Below, piece after piece: positions 9,977 through 19,905 of a stretch of DNA of 64,000 bases; positions within the stretch are counted from its first letter, which is position 1, and every line of letters starts with the position of its first letter. The notes beneath the pieces are model-generated. The model had not been told where the DNA came from. It saw only the letters and a list, made by a program, of their open reading frames with translations, and did not search any database. Position numbers and translations under genes: made by a program. Source of the DNA: Bacteroidia bacterium (lineage in GTDB: Bacteria; Bacteroidota; Bacteroidia; Palsa-965); contig JBBRYH010000003.1 in the NCBI GenBank assembly GCA_038237845.1, forward strand, positions 80,483 through 144,482, given 5' to 3'.

Positions 9977-10540
9977 ATGAAAAAGGAATTTTTAATTCTC
10001 GTAGATGATTTCGATACTCCTATAGGAAAGATGGAAAAGATGCAAGTTCACGAGGCAGGACTTTTACATCGTGCCTTTTCTGTATTTTTATTTAATTCAA
10101 ACGGAGAATTACTTATGCAGCAAAGAGCTGATGAAAAATATCATTCTGGAGGTTTGTGGACAAATACTTGTTGCAGTCATCCTCAATTTGGCGAAGAAGT
10201 AGAAGATGCAATTGCGCGTCGATTACCTGAGGAAATGGGAATCAATACACTAGTTTTCCCAGTTTTTAATTTTATTTATAAATCAAAATTTGAAAATGGT
10301 TTGACTGAACATGAATTCGATCACATTTTTATTGGTATAACCCAAGAAAATCCCATTCCAAATCCTACTGAAGTAAAAAACTGGAAATTTGCAGATACAA
10401 ACTTCCTGATGCATGATATAAAATTAAATCCTCATTTATACACAACTTGGTTTCGAAAATGCCTCCCAAAACTTGTTGATCATTTCACAAAAGATGCAAT
10501 GCAAACCAAATTTTATCCGCCAGTGCTAAACCTTCAATAA
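9977..10540 (+). CDS. idi: isopentenyl-diphosphate delta-isomerase (type 1, Nudix)
   Basis: 187 aa. Type-1 IDI core HRAFSVFLFNSNGELLMQQRADEKYHSGGLWTNTCCSHP and the downstream E-rich Nudix-like segment. Confidence 0.8.
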   Translation: MKKEFLILVDDFDTPIGKMEKMQVHEAGLLHRAFSVFLFNSNGELLMQQRADEKYHSGGLWTNTCCSHPQFGEEVEDAIARRLPEEMGINTLVFPVFNFIYKSKFENGLTEHEFDHIFIGITQENPIPNPTEVKNWKFADTNFLMHDIKLNPHLYTTWFRKCLPKLVDHFTKDAMQTKFYPPVLNLQ

Positions 10541-10548
10541 ACCATCGG

Positions 10549-11010
10549 ATGCCAATTCTAATAAATATTCTAATCGTAATCATTGCCTTCATTAGCATGG
10601 AAGCTGTAGCGTGGCTTACACATCGATTTGTCATGCATGGACTATTGTGGTCCTTGCATCATGATCATCATAAAAAAGACAGTTATGGATTTCTTGAAAA
10701 AAATGATTATTTCTTCTTGATTTTTGCATGTCCAGGAATATTGGGTTTCTATTTTGGTGCTGAACAAGGATATAATTATTTATTTTATATCGGTTTAGGA
10801 ATTACAATTTACGGTGCAGCTTATTTTTTCATCCACGATATTTTCATCCATCAAAGAATTAAATTTCTAAGAAATAGTGATAATTTTTATTTCAGAGCTT
10901 TAAGAAGAGCTCATAAAATACATCACAAACATTTGGGCAAAGACGAAGGAGAGTGTTTTGGTATGTTATGGGTACCTTTGAAATATTTCAAAGAAGCAAA
11001 AAATAAATAG
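10549..11010 (+). CDS. crtZ: beta-carotene 3-hydroxylase (fatty-acid hydroxylase superfamily)
   Basis: 153 aa. His boxes HRFVMHG, HHDHH and HQRIKFL...HKIHHKH, as in CrtZ. Confidence 0.8.
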   Translation: MPILINILIVIIAFISMEAVAWLTHRFVMHGLLWSLHHDHHKKDSYGFLEKNDYFFLIFACPGILGFYFGAEQGYNYLFYIGLGITIYGAAYFFIHDIFIHQRIKFLRNSDNFYFRALRRAHKIHHKHLGKDEGECFGMLWVPLKYFKEAKNK

Positions 11011-11015
11011 TACTA

Positions 11016-11711
11016 ATGAAATCAACATACCTCCTTATTGATCTTTGCTCATTAAGTGTTCCACTGGTATTTTCTTTTCATCCAAAGCTGAATTTTTATC
11101 GACAGTTCAGATTTTTGTTCCCTGCTCTTTTTATTTCATCCGTCATTTTTATTCTTTGGGATATTCTTTTTACAAAAATCGGCATCTGGGGATTTAGCGA
11201 GACTTATACTCTTGGTATTAATTTTGCTGGATTACCCATAGAAGAATATTTGTTTTTCCTTTGTATTCCCTATGCTTGTCTATTCACATATCATTGTCTA
11301 TTACTTTTTTTCCACCCGCAATGGAAACCCAAAACAGAGAAAATAGTTGGGACAATATTATCTTCTCTTTTAATTCTTACCGGAATATTCTTCTACAACA
11401 AATGGTACACTTCTGTAACTTTCCTTTCATCAGGATTATTTATTTTACTAATCCTTTTTGTTTTTAAAGTTAAATGGTTTGGGAAATTACTTTCAATTTA
11501 CCCTGCACTCTTAATTCCTTTTTTCATAGTGAATGGTTTGTTAACCGGGACAGGACTTCAGGAACCTGTGGTATGGTATAACTCCAATGAAATTATAGGG
11601 TTCAGATTACTAAGTATACCGTTTGAGGATGTATTTTATGGAATGTTACTCTTGTTACTCAACATTTTAATTTATGAGCGATTGAAAGAGAAATCACAAC
11701 AGAACAATTAA
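11016..11711 (+). CDS. lycopene cyclase domain protein (CrtYcd-type fused membrane cyclase)
   Basis: 231 aa polytopic membrane protein placed last in the crt operon, 5 nt after crtZ. It resembles the heterodimeric/fused lycopene beta-cyclase domain family, not the FAD-dependent CrtY. Confidence 0.6.
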   Translation: MKSTYLLIDLCSLSVPLVFSFHPKLNFYRQFRFLFPALFISSVIFILWDILFTKIGIWGFSETYTLGINFAGLPIEEYLFFLCIPYACLFTYHCLLLFFHPQWKPKTEKIVGTILSSLLILTGIFFYNKWYTSVTFLSSGLFILLILFVFKVKWFGKLLSIYPALLIPFFIVNGLLTGTGLQEPVVWYNSNEIIGFRLLSIPFEDVFYGMLLLLLNILIYERLKEKSQQNN

Positions 11712-11750
11712 GGAAAGAATTTCGCTAGAACTTATTTTCTATACTAACGA

Positions 11751-12806
11751 TTACTTCTTAGTATAGAAATCAGAAATACTAGTTGTCAAAGTAAAAGTAT
11801 TGGTTCCTCCTGCTAGATGATAAGCCGCGTGGGCGTAACTGAAATTGAATTTATAAACATGAATCCCGACTCCAAAGGAGAATCCATCAGCGCCATGTCT
11901 TCCATCAACAATCAATTCTTTTCTTCGCATATAATTATATCCGAATCGAATTGAAACGGCTTTACCAAGTAATAATTCTCCACCGACCACCAAGTGTCTT
12001 CCAAATTTATCGCCAGCAGTTTTGAATTTACTCACCTTGATAGAATCACCAGTCAAAGGATCTACAAGTTCCGGTGGATTGTTTGGATCAATATAGGTTA
12101 AATCCCATTTCTGCAAATTGGTAAATGCAAAAGAAAAACGGAAAGGCATGTGTTGAGGTTTAAAAGCGACACCAGCTTCTACTTCAAAAGGCAGTTTTTC
12201 TTTTACGCCATCGGTATAAGGGTTGATCACCGTTCCCATGTTACGAAGCAAAAGTGAAGTAGTGAAATTTTTGTGAGGAACTTTATAACGTGCAGCTAAA
12301 TCAAGACCAAGTCCTGCTGCATTCCATAAATACAAATTTGACTGAATAAATTTCGCAGTTGCTCCAAAAGTGAAATTACTGTCAAGCATTCGGCTATATC
12401 CAACATTTATTCCATATTCCCCAGCAGAAAATTCACCGATGATTGCACCTGTATTATCAGTTTCCTTGAAAGTTCCATAATCAATTCGAGTTGCAGTTAA
12501 AGCGAAGGTTCCAACTTTTTTAACGTCGTAAGCAAATCCCGCATAACCATATTTTACATCAGAAAAATAATCTGCAAAACTCAGTGCTAACTGCGTGTGC
12601 ATGGAAGCATTCAACATTGAAGGATTCCAGGTCGCAAGATTAATATCATTATCATTTAATGCCATACAATTACCTCCAAGTGCAGCAGCACGAGCAGATA
12701 ATGGAAGATCAAGAGAAGCAAAAACGGCACTTCCTCCTATTTGTGCGCAAAGGCTTGTTAGGGAGAAAATACTGATAATTGCAAGAAGGGTCGCAGTTCT
12801 TTTCAT
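11751..12806 (-). CDS. outer-membrane beta-barrel protein, T9SS PorQ-like
   Basis: 351 aa. Signal peptide ending in AQ, then GGSAVFASLDLPLSARAAALGG (PorQ-type N-terminal motif). Alternating beta-strand pattern ending in aromatic residues. Size fits PorQ (~340 aa) better than PorV. Confidence 0.5.
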   Translation of the reverse strand: MKRTATLLAIISIFSLTSLCAQIGGSAVFASLDLPLSARAAALGGNCMALNDNDINLATWNPSMLNASMHTQLALSFADYFSDVKYGYAGFAYDVKKVGTFALTATRIDYGTFKETDNTGAIIGEFSAGEYGINVGYSRMLDSNFTFGATAKFIQSNLYLWNAAGLGLDLAARYKVPHKNFTTSLLLRNMGTVINPYTDGVKEKLPFEVEAGVAFKPQHMPFRFSFAFTNLQKWDLTYIDPNNPPELVDPLTGDSIKVSKFKTAGDKFGRHLVVGGELLLGKAVSIRFGYNYMRRKELIVDGRHGADGFSFGVGIHVYKFNFSYAHAAYHLAGGTNTFTLTTSISDFYTKK

Positions 12807-13156
12807 TGGTGGCTCTAAGATAAGAATTTGATCACGGTGATAACGAATAAATATGCTTCTTATTGCCTGACTTTTTCAAAGAAACCAGATTTTAAAACAC
12901 TAAGAATTCGGAGTTTCTGAAAATTTTATCAACGACACATAATATCGTCCTGGAAATTTGTGAAAATGATAACAAAAAGAAGTAAAATAGATTACCTAAT
13001 TCCGTTTCATTTGAAATGAATCTTGATTTGTTCCTTTAAATCTCTAATTCAATCAGCCCATTAAATTATATTTGCGGACGCATTGATCGAAAATTCACAG
13101 ATAATTACTTGCGAAACCGAATATAATTAAGTCCTTGCAGTTAAATAAAAATCTCC

Positions 13157-13780
13157 ATGTCCAACTATCAACTTGTTCATTTGCCGAAACCGGAAAATAC
13201 GGTGGAATACTTTGAACAAATTAAATTAATAAGCGAAAAATTCTGGAAACAGATAAAGTTAGATAGAACACTTTTTGCATTCCAGATTCAACCAAATTCA
13301 AAATGGAAAAAAGGATTGACAGAGGAAGAACTCAATCAATTTGAAAATGAAATGGGATTTAAATTCCCTGTCGCACTTCGAACTTTTTACAAATGCATGA
13401 ATGGTCTTGACAAAAAAGCGATAAATATCTATGGTGATTCAGGTGAACCTAGTGAGTATTCTCCGGTTTTTTATTCCTACCCGGATGATCTGGAATTAAT
13501 AAAGGAGAAAATTGACACAATTTATAAAGCAAACAAAACAGATCTTATCAAGTTAGCAAAAGCCAAAGCTTCACGCATATTTCCTATTTATGGCCATCGT
13601 TTTATGCTCATCGATGAACCCGGACAGCCTATTTTGTCAATGATGAATCGCGACATTATTTTCTATGTTGAAACCTTGAGTAAATTACTTGCGATTGAAA
13701 TTTTCCCAGATATAGAGAATGCGCATAATTTCCTGATTCATATTGAACATAAAGAACAGGCAAGATTCTGGCTTAAATAA
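13157..13780 (+). CDS. SMI1/KNR4 (SUKH-1) family protein, putative polymorphic-toxin immunity protein
   Basis: 207 aa. SUKH-1 signature LTEEELNQFENEMGFKFPVALRTFYKCMNG near the N-terminus. No toxin gene is adjacent. Confidence 0.55.
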   Translation: MSNYQLVHLPKPENTVEYFEQIKLISEKFWKQIKLDRTLFAFQIQPNSKWKKGLTEEELNQFENEMGFKFPVALRTFYKCMNGLDKKAINIYGDSGEPSEYSPVFYSYPDDLELIKEKIDTIYKANKTDLIKLAKAKASRIFPIYGHRFMLIDEPGQPILSMMNRDIIFYVETLSKLLAIEIFPDIENAHNFLIHIEHKEQARFWLK

Positions 13781-13854
13781 AAAAAGTGGTAAACAAAAAA
13801 CTGCTGTACTTTTTTCAAATACGACAGTTTTTATTTTTTACGCTAATACAAAGT

Positions 13855-16347
13855 TCAATTTACCTTTGAAAGTTTTGTTTCCCCCGGAACGGAAAGTATT
13901 AATGGATTTTTCACTTTTTCTTTTAATAAAGAATATTCTAAAACATCTCCCATTTTTTCTACATAATGGAAATTAATTCCCTTTAGATAAGTTGGATTAA
14001 TTTCTTCAATGTCTTTACGATTCTCTTCGCACAAAACTACTTCCTTTATTCCTGCTCGTTTTGCAGCAAGTATTTTTTCACGAATACCGCCAACGGCAAG
14101 AACTCTTCCACGTAAGGTAATCTCTCCTGTCATTGCAAGATTTCTTTTTACTTTTCGTTGTGTGAATGCAGAAGCAAGAGCAGTTAGCATTGCTATTCCT
14201 GCTGAAGGGCCATCTTTAGGTGTAGCACCTTCCGGTACATGCACATGCACATTGTAATGATCAAATAATTCAGCAGACAATCCCAAACTATCACTATGTC
14301 CGCGCAAATACTCCATCGCAATGATTGCAGATTCTTTCATCACAGCACCCAGATTTCCGGTTAAGGTTAATTTTCCTTTTCCACGACTCAAACTGGTTTC
14401 AATAAATAAAATATCACCTCCCACTTGTGTCCAAGCCAATCCTGTTACCACACCAGCCACATCATTTCCTTGATAACGATCTTTTTCATGAGCGGGGCCT
14501 AGAATTTTTTGGAGATCGTCAACAACAGGTTTTATTTTATATTTTTTCTCCATCGCAATGTTTTTCGCCGCATAGCGAACTACTCTTCCGATTTGTTTTT
14601 CAATTCCACGAACACCTGACTCACGTGTGTAATTTTCAATCATGAATTCGAGTACTGCATCATTCAAAATCATTTGAGACTTTTTCACACCATGATCTTC
14701 CAATTGTTTTGGAATCAAATGACGTCGCGCAATTTCTAATTTCTCTTCAGTCGTATAGCCAGGAACCTCAATTATTTCAAGTCGATCACGCAAAGCAGGT
14801 TGAATTGTTCCAAGCGAATTTGCGGTAGCAATGAAAAGAACTTTGGAAAGATCATAATCATGTTCAACGAAATTATCATAGAACGTAGAATTCTGCTCCG
14901 GATCCAAAACTTCCAATAAAGCGGAAGAAGGATCACCATGCCAGTCATTGCCAACTTTATCAATTTCATCAAGAATAAAAACAGGATTAGAAGTACCTGC
15001 TTTTTTAATGTTTTGCAAAATTCTTCCTGGCATTGCACCAATGTAAGTCTTACGATGTCCGCGCACTTCAGATTCATCTTTTAATCCGCCAAGCGACATG
15101 CGCACATACTTTCTTCCTAATGCTTCTGCAACGGATTTACCCAATGAAGTTTTCCCAACTCCAGGAGGGCCATACAAACAAAGAATAGGTGCTTTCATAT
15201 CACCTTTCAATTTTAATACGGCAAGGTGTTCAAGAATTCGTTCTTTAACTTTTTCAAGTCCGAAATGATCACGATCGAGAATTTTTTGTGCTTTATTCAA
15301 ATCAAATAAATCTTCTGAATATTCCTGCCATGGTAGGTCGAGTAATAATTCAAGATAATTTGTTTGAACAGAATGTTCTGCGGCGTTAGGATTCATCCGT
15401 TCCAACTTTGCCATATCTTTTGCAAAAGCTGCCGCAACTTCTTTACTCCACTTTTTTGTTTTGGCACGTTCCTTCATCTCCATTGCTTCCTGCTCATTCG
15501 GATTACCACCCAATTCTTCTTGAATGGTTTTCATTTGCTGATGAAGAAAATATTCGCGCTGTTGTTTGTCAATGTCCACCTTCACTTTTGATTGAATCTG
15601 ATTTTTCAGTTCAAGCATCTGAAATTCCTTCGAAAGTAAAGTCAATACACGGATAGAACGTTCTTTTAAATCCGTTAATTCAAGAATAGATTGTTTCTCT
15701 CCGGTTTCTGCATTCATGTTCGAAGAAATGAAGTTGAGCAGAAAAGAATTGCTTTCAATATTTTTAATGGCAATTTGAGCTTCCGTTGGAACCTGGGGGT
15801 TATTCTGAATAATTTTTAATGCAGTGTCTTTCACTGAAGCAATAATTGCTTTGAATTCCTGATCTCCTTTTTTAGGAAGTGTATCTACAAAGGGAGTAAC
15901 TTTTGCTTTTAAGTAAGGTTCGTTTTGTACTTCTTCTCCAAGAATAAATCGGCGTTTACCTTGTAGAATTACCGTAGTATTTCCATCTGGCATTCGCAAC
16001 ATCTTGATGATATAAGCAACAGTGCCAACAGCATTTAAATCCACCAATTGTGGATCTTCAATTGTATCGTTCTTTTGTGAAACAACGCCAATTGTTTTAT
16101 TGCCTTTGTGCGCTTCACGAATAAGCTTTATTGATTTATCACGACCAACTGTAATTGGAATTACCACTCCAGGAAATAAGACGGTATTTCTTAAGGGAAG
16201 AATAGGAAGTATATCCGGCAACACTTCCTTGTTCATTTGATCTTCATCCTCCGAACTCATCAATGGGATAAATTCTGTTTCTTCATCAGATATATTGGAC
16301 ATGTCAAATGCTTCTAAAAAATTATTTCTGTTCATATTTTGGGTCAA
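13855..16347 (-). CDS. lon: ATP-dependent Lon protease (endopeptidase La)
   Basis: 830 aa. LON N-domain, AAA+ Walker A GPPGVGKTSLGKS, and a C-terminal S16 protease domain with PKDGPSAGIAM (catalytic Ser) and a Lys dyad. Confidence 0.93.
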   Translation of the reverse strand: MTQNMNRNNFLEAFDMSNISDEETEFIPLMSSEDEDQMNKEVLPDILPILPLRNTVLFPGVVIPITVGRDKSIKLIREAHKGNKTIGVVSQKNDTIEDPQLVDLNAVGTVAYIIKMLRMPDGNTTVILQGKRRFILGEEVQNEPYLKAKVTPFVDTLPKKGDQEFKAIIASVKDTALKIIQNNPQVPTEAQIAIKNIESNSFLLNFISSNMNAETGEKQSILELTDLKERSIRVLTLLSKEFQMLELKNQIQSKVKVDIDKQQREYFLHQQMKTIQEELGGNPNEQEAMEMKERAKTKKWSKEVAAAFAKDMAKLERMNPNAAEHSVQTNYLELLLDLPWQEYSEDLFDLNKAQKILDRDHFGLEKVKERILEHLAVLKLKGDMKAPILCLYGPPGVGKTSLGKSVAEALGRKYVRMSLGGLKDESEVRGHRKTYIGAMPGRILQNIKKAGTSNPVFILDEIDKVGNDWHGDPSSALLEVLDPEQNSTFYDNFVEHDYDLSKVLFIATANSLGTIQPALRDRLEIIEVPGYTTEEKLEIARRHLIPKQLEDHGVKKSQMILNDAVLEFMIENYTRESGVRGIEKQIGRVVRYAAKNIAMEKKYKIKPVVDDLQKILGPAHEKDRYQGNDVAGVVTGLAWTQVGGDILFIETSLSRGKGKLTLTGNLGAVMKESAIIAMEYLRGHSDSLGLSAELFDHYNVHVHVPEGATPKDGPSAGIAMLTALASAFTQRKVKRNLAMTGEITLRGRVLAVGGIREKILAAKRAGIKEVVLCEENRKDIEEINPTYLKGINFHYVEKMGDVLEYSLLKEKVKNPLILSVPGETKLSKVN

Positions 16348-16490
16348 TTTGTCAGTACCGCAACACAGCGGCTTGTTACCTCAACATTTCTTAGGCCTTT
16401 TTCGCTTTCATTCGCTCTACCCGCGAGGATTTCTATTATTATTAGTCAATGAACGTGCCAGTCACCAAACACTGCCTTATTGACAAATTC

Positions 16491-17699
16491 CTATTTTCTT
16501 AATTTCTCAGTTTTCTTAAAAACACTATGGAGCATGGTGATTTCCTCTTTGTCAAGCTTTTTATTTCTTCTGCTATAAACGCGGTCAATCATTTCAATTG
16601 CTTTTTCAATTTGATGTTCTGTAATTCCGTCAGGACCACCCCAAACAAAATCAGGCAAGAATTTAGAAGGAAAACCTCCACCAAAAATATTTGCAGCCAT
16701 ACCCACAACAGTTCCTGTATTAAACATGGTGTTAATGCCACATTTTGCATGATCACCCATAATCACACCATGAAATTGCATCCCTGTATTTTCGTTTCCT
16801 CCAATGGAATAATTGAAAACAGAAACCTCTCCATAATTATTCTTAAGGTTAGAACAATTAGTATCAGCTCCAAGATTACACCATTCTCCAATTACAGAAT
16901 TGCCAATAAATCCGTCGTGTGCTTTATTTGAATTAGCAAAAAACACAGAATTTGAAACTTCACCTCCCACTTTACATCCGGGACCAATGGTAGTATCACC
17001 GTAAATTTTCGCACCCATTTTAATTGTTGCTCCATCTCCAATTGCTAATGGTCCTCTTAGCAATGAACCTTCCATTAATTCAGCTCCGTCTCCAATATAA
17101 ACAGGGCCTTTGGTAGCATTGATTATACAAGCTTCAGCATTTACATTTTTGCCTACGAAAACAGGATGAGTTCCTAGAATAGTATTGGAGGCAGAAAGCA
17201 CTTCACTTTTTCTTCCCTCTAAAATTTCAAAATCTTCAATAATTGCCTGCCCGTTATGTCTGAAAATATCATTTATGCGTTGCAGGATGATTACAGGTGT
17301 ATGCGTGTCTTTTATTGAAAAATCACCGTTCAAATGATCTTTAATTTTTAATGAAATTGGCGCTGCATCATTCCCAACATTTATGGCAATAATCATTTCT
17401 CCTTTCACTAATGCTTCACCAGGCTTCAAAGAAATTACTTCTAAAGCAAGTAATTCGTTAGGAACCACTCTGCCATTAATCCAAAGATGAAATTTAGAAA
17501 CATCACCTTTAAATGGATAATTATAATCCGCTAAATAATCAACTGTAAAGGTTGTACTTTCTGATTTGAGGTAAAATTCCCATTTTTCTCTAATGGTAAA
17601 AATTCCAATTCGAAAATCAGCAACTGGTCGCGTCCAAGCTAATGGAAGAAACTGTTCACGTAAATCATCATCAAATAAAACAATTCGAAAAGCTGACAT
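16491..17699 (-). CDS. putative sugar nucleotidyltransferase-like protein with left-handed beta-helix (GlmU-like C-terminal domain)
   Basis: 402 aa. The C-terminal half contains hexapeptide-repeat (LbH) segments (GDGATIKMGAKIYGDTTIGPGCKVGGEV...). The N-terminal domain resembles a nucleotidyltransferase fold. Confidence 0.6.
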   Translation of the reverse strand: MSAFRIVLFDDDLREQFLPLAWTRPVADFRIGIFTIREKWEFYLKSESTTFTVDYLADYNYPFKGDVSKFHLWINGRVVPNELLALEVISLKPGEALVKGEMIIAINVGNDAAPISLKIKDHLNGDFSIKDTHTPVIILQRINDIFRHNGQAIIEDFEILEGRKSEVLSASNTILGTHPVFVGKNVNAEACIINATKGPVYIGDGAELMEGSLLRGPLAIGDGATIKMGAKIYGDTTIGPGCKVGGEVSNSVFFANSNKAHDGFIGNSVIGEWCNLGADTNCSNLKNNYGEVSVFNYSIGGNENTGMQFHGVIMGDHAKCGINTMFNTGTVVGMAANIFGGGFPSKFLPDFVWGGPDGITEHQIEKAIEMIDRVYSRRNKKLDKEEITMLHSVFKKTEKLRK

Positions 17700-17756
17700 A
17701 TTTATTTCTTATTACAGGTTCTCTCTCAATGAGGATCAAGGTATACAAAGTTGAAC

Positions 17757-17790
17757 AAAAAAAATCCCCCCGTGTAATACGGAGGGACTT
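17757..17790 (-). terminator. rho-independent terminator downstream of rpmE
   Basis: On the minus strand: hairpin AAGTCCCTCCGTATTACACGGGGGGA (one mismatch) followed by a T7-8 run. Confidence 0.6.
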
Positions 17791-17820
17791 AATATGTGTT
17801 AATCCGCCTTAGCGATTGGA

Positions 17821-18072
17821 TTATTTCTTCTTTTCGTAACGAGTACGGAATTTATCAATACGACCCGCTGTATCAACAAGCTTCATTTTGCCTGTGTAAT
17901 ATGGGTGAGAGGTATTTGAAATCTCCATTTTAATCAATGGGTATTCAATTCCATCTTCATGTTTGATAGTTTCTTTTGTATCCGCACAAGACTTAGTTAT
18001 AAAAGTTATGTCGTTTGACATATCCTTAAATACTACAAGGCGGTAATTTTCTGGGTGAATTCCTTTTTTCAT
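17821..18072 (-). CDS. rpmE: 50S ribosomal protein L31 (type B, no CxxC zinc ribbon)
   Basis: 83 aa, [10 protein letters not shown]... The classic L31 N-terminus and length. The Cys pairs are absent, which places it in the non-zinc-binding B form. Confidence 0.9.
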   Translation of the reverse strand: MKKGIHPENYRLVVFKDMSNDITFITKSCADTKETIKHEDGIEYPLIKMEISNTSHPYYTGKMKLVDTAGRIDKFRTRYEKKK

Positions 18073-18173
18073 GATTTTTTGTTCTTAGCCGTATCTCGTA
18101 CGGGGATGCAAAGATAACAAGTAAAATCTTATCTCCAAAAAGATTTAAATTGCTTTAAATAGACCTTTCATCT

Positions 18174-18956
18174 CTATTCCTTAATAAAACGGCTAACCGA
18201 ATTACCTGATTCTGTCTTTATCGAAACGAAATAAATACCTGAAGGCAAGCCAACCAAGCTAATGTTTTCATAGATATTATTAACTGATTTAAAGCTAGTT
18301 ACAGAGATTGATTCACCCAATGTATTAGACAATTCCATCTGCACATTTATAGCCTTTGGAAAGGTTTTGCTGATGTTTACAAAATCCAAAGCCGGATTTG
18401 GGAATATTGTAAAGTTATCTGCAACCGAATTGTTCTGAATTCCTACTGAGTTTGCAATGGTAACTAAACTACAAACCGGACAATTATTGGAATCCGTAAC
18501 GCAAAAATTGTAGTAACCTGAGCATAAATTACTTGCCGATGATCCATTCCCCCCTGAAGGTGTCCATGCGTAAGTATAGGGGGGTGTTCCACCTGTAACA
18601 GTACTTACAGCCGCTCCATCACAATTTGTACTTGAAGTGGCTGGGGTTAGCACCAACGAAATAACAATTTGAGTAGGCTGGGTAATTGTAATGGTACCCG
18701 TAGCAACACAATTATTCGCATCCGTAACATATGCTGTATACACTCCATTACACAATCCGCTTACACTTGCAGAGGTCGAAGAATTTGGACTCCAAGCATA
18801 GGAATAAGGTGGTGTTCCGCCAATTGGTGTAACAGTTGCCGTTCCATTACATGCATTGTAACAGGTTACATCAGTAGTAGCAACTTGAACAGAACATTGT
18901 GCATTAATGAAAACAGGAAAAAATGCCAAAACAATTATTAGTAAAATTTTTTTCAT
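18174..18956 (-). CDS. SprB-repeat secreted protein with T9SS type-A C-terminal sorting domain
   Basis: 260 aa. Signal peptide ending in NAQ. Two SprB-type repeats (DVTCYNACNGTATVTPIGGTPPYSYAWSP and its second copy). C-terminal Por_Secre_tail-like segment (...LPSGIYFVSIKTESGNSVSRFIKE). Confidence 0.7.
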   Translation of the reverse strand: MKKILLIIVLAFFPVFINAQCSVQVATTDVTCYNACNGTATVTPIGGTPPYSYAWSPNSSTSASVSGLCNGVYTAYVTDANNCVATGTITITQPTQIVISLVLTPATSSTNCDGAAVSTVTGGTPPYTYAWTPSGGNGSSASNLCSGYYNFCVTDSNNCPVCSLVTIANSVGIQNNSVADNFTIFPNPALDFVNISKTFPKAINVQMELSNTLGESISVTSFKSVNNIYENISLVGLPSGIYFVSIKTESGNSVSRFIKE

Positions 18957-18984
18957 AAAATAGTATCGATGTTTTTATAAAAAA

Positions 18985-19776
18985 TTATTGTTTTACAAAG
19001 CGCTGGGTGGAACTTACACCGGATCCTTTTACGCATGCAAAATAAATTCCGCTTGGTAAATTTGAAATATTTATTGTTTCATGGAGCATGTTGGTAGAGT
19101 CAAAGTTTTTTACAATTAATACTTCACCAAGCAAATTGCAAATTGAAATCGTCGAAGTTGTTGATCGATCAAAATTTGCATTTACTGAAACATAATCCAA
19201 TGCCGGATTAGGACTAATACTAAAATTCGAAGGGGATGATTGGCCATTTATCCCTGTTGAAAATGTTACAGTAAAGGTGCTACAAGTAGTACAATTATTT
19301 GCATCGGTTACACAACAGGTATAAGTTCCTACACATAGATTTGCAATGGTCGGTTGGTTTGAAGTAAATCCATTAGGTCCCGTCCATGCGTAAGTATAAG
19401 GTGATGTTCCACCAATCCCCAAGCAATAAGCAAAACCATCGCAACATGTTGCACAAGATGCTGGTCCTGAATTACCATTTGTAGTCAATAAGGTTGGTTG
19501 TGTCACTACAAAAGTGGCAGTTGCAACACATCCATTAGATTGATCTATTACTGTTAGGGTATAATTTCCAGCACATAATCCTGTTACATTTTGGGAAGTC
19601 ATATTTCCTGGATTCCATAGATAAGCAAAAGGCCCTGTTCCAACTGGAAAAGCATTTGCAGAAGCATTGCAATCTCCAAAACAAAGTTCATCAGTATGTT
19701 GCAATTGCACAAAACATTGCGCGTTCGTGATAAAAGGGATGCATAAGCAAACGAATAGAAAGTAGATTTTTTTCAT
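18985..19776 (-). CDS. SprB-repeat secreted protein with T9SS type-A C-terminal sorting domain (paralog of 18174..18956)
   Basis: 263 aa. Same architecture as the previous gene: signal peptide, two Cys-rich SprB repeats (ELCFGDCNASANAFPVGTGPFAYLWNP), and a CTD ending ...LPSGIYFACVKGSGVSSTQRFVKQ. Confidence 0.7.
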   Translation of the reverse strand: MKKIYFLFVCLCIPFITNAQCFVQLQHTDELCFGDCNASANAFPVGTGPFAYLWNPGNMTSQNVTGLCAGNYTLTVIDQSNGCVATATFVVTQPTLLTTNGNSGPASCATCCDGFAYCLGIGGTSPYTYAWTGPNGFTSNQPTIANLCVGTYTCCVTDANNCTTCSTFTVTFSTGINGQSSPSNFSISPNPALDYVSVNANFDRSTTSTISICNLLGEVLIVKNFDSTNMLHETINISNLPSGIYFACVKGSGVSSTQRFVKQ

Positions 19777-19905
19777 GTTTTGAATTTAAGAGGTTTAATT
19801 GCCAACATCAAGATACGAAAAAGCTATTATTAATTGGTTTATTTAGACATTAAAACAATTTTTCTTCAATTTCCCCGTCTTAGCAACGAATCCTATCTTT
19901 ACAAA

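Noticed and set aside
16527-16931. 134-aa plus-strand ORF inside the nucleotidyltransferase-like gene, and 14009..16240 plus-strand ORFs inside lon
   Set aside because: They are antisense to strongly supported genes (lon has an unmistakable Walker A and S16 domain). They are shadow ORFs.
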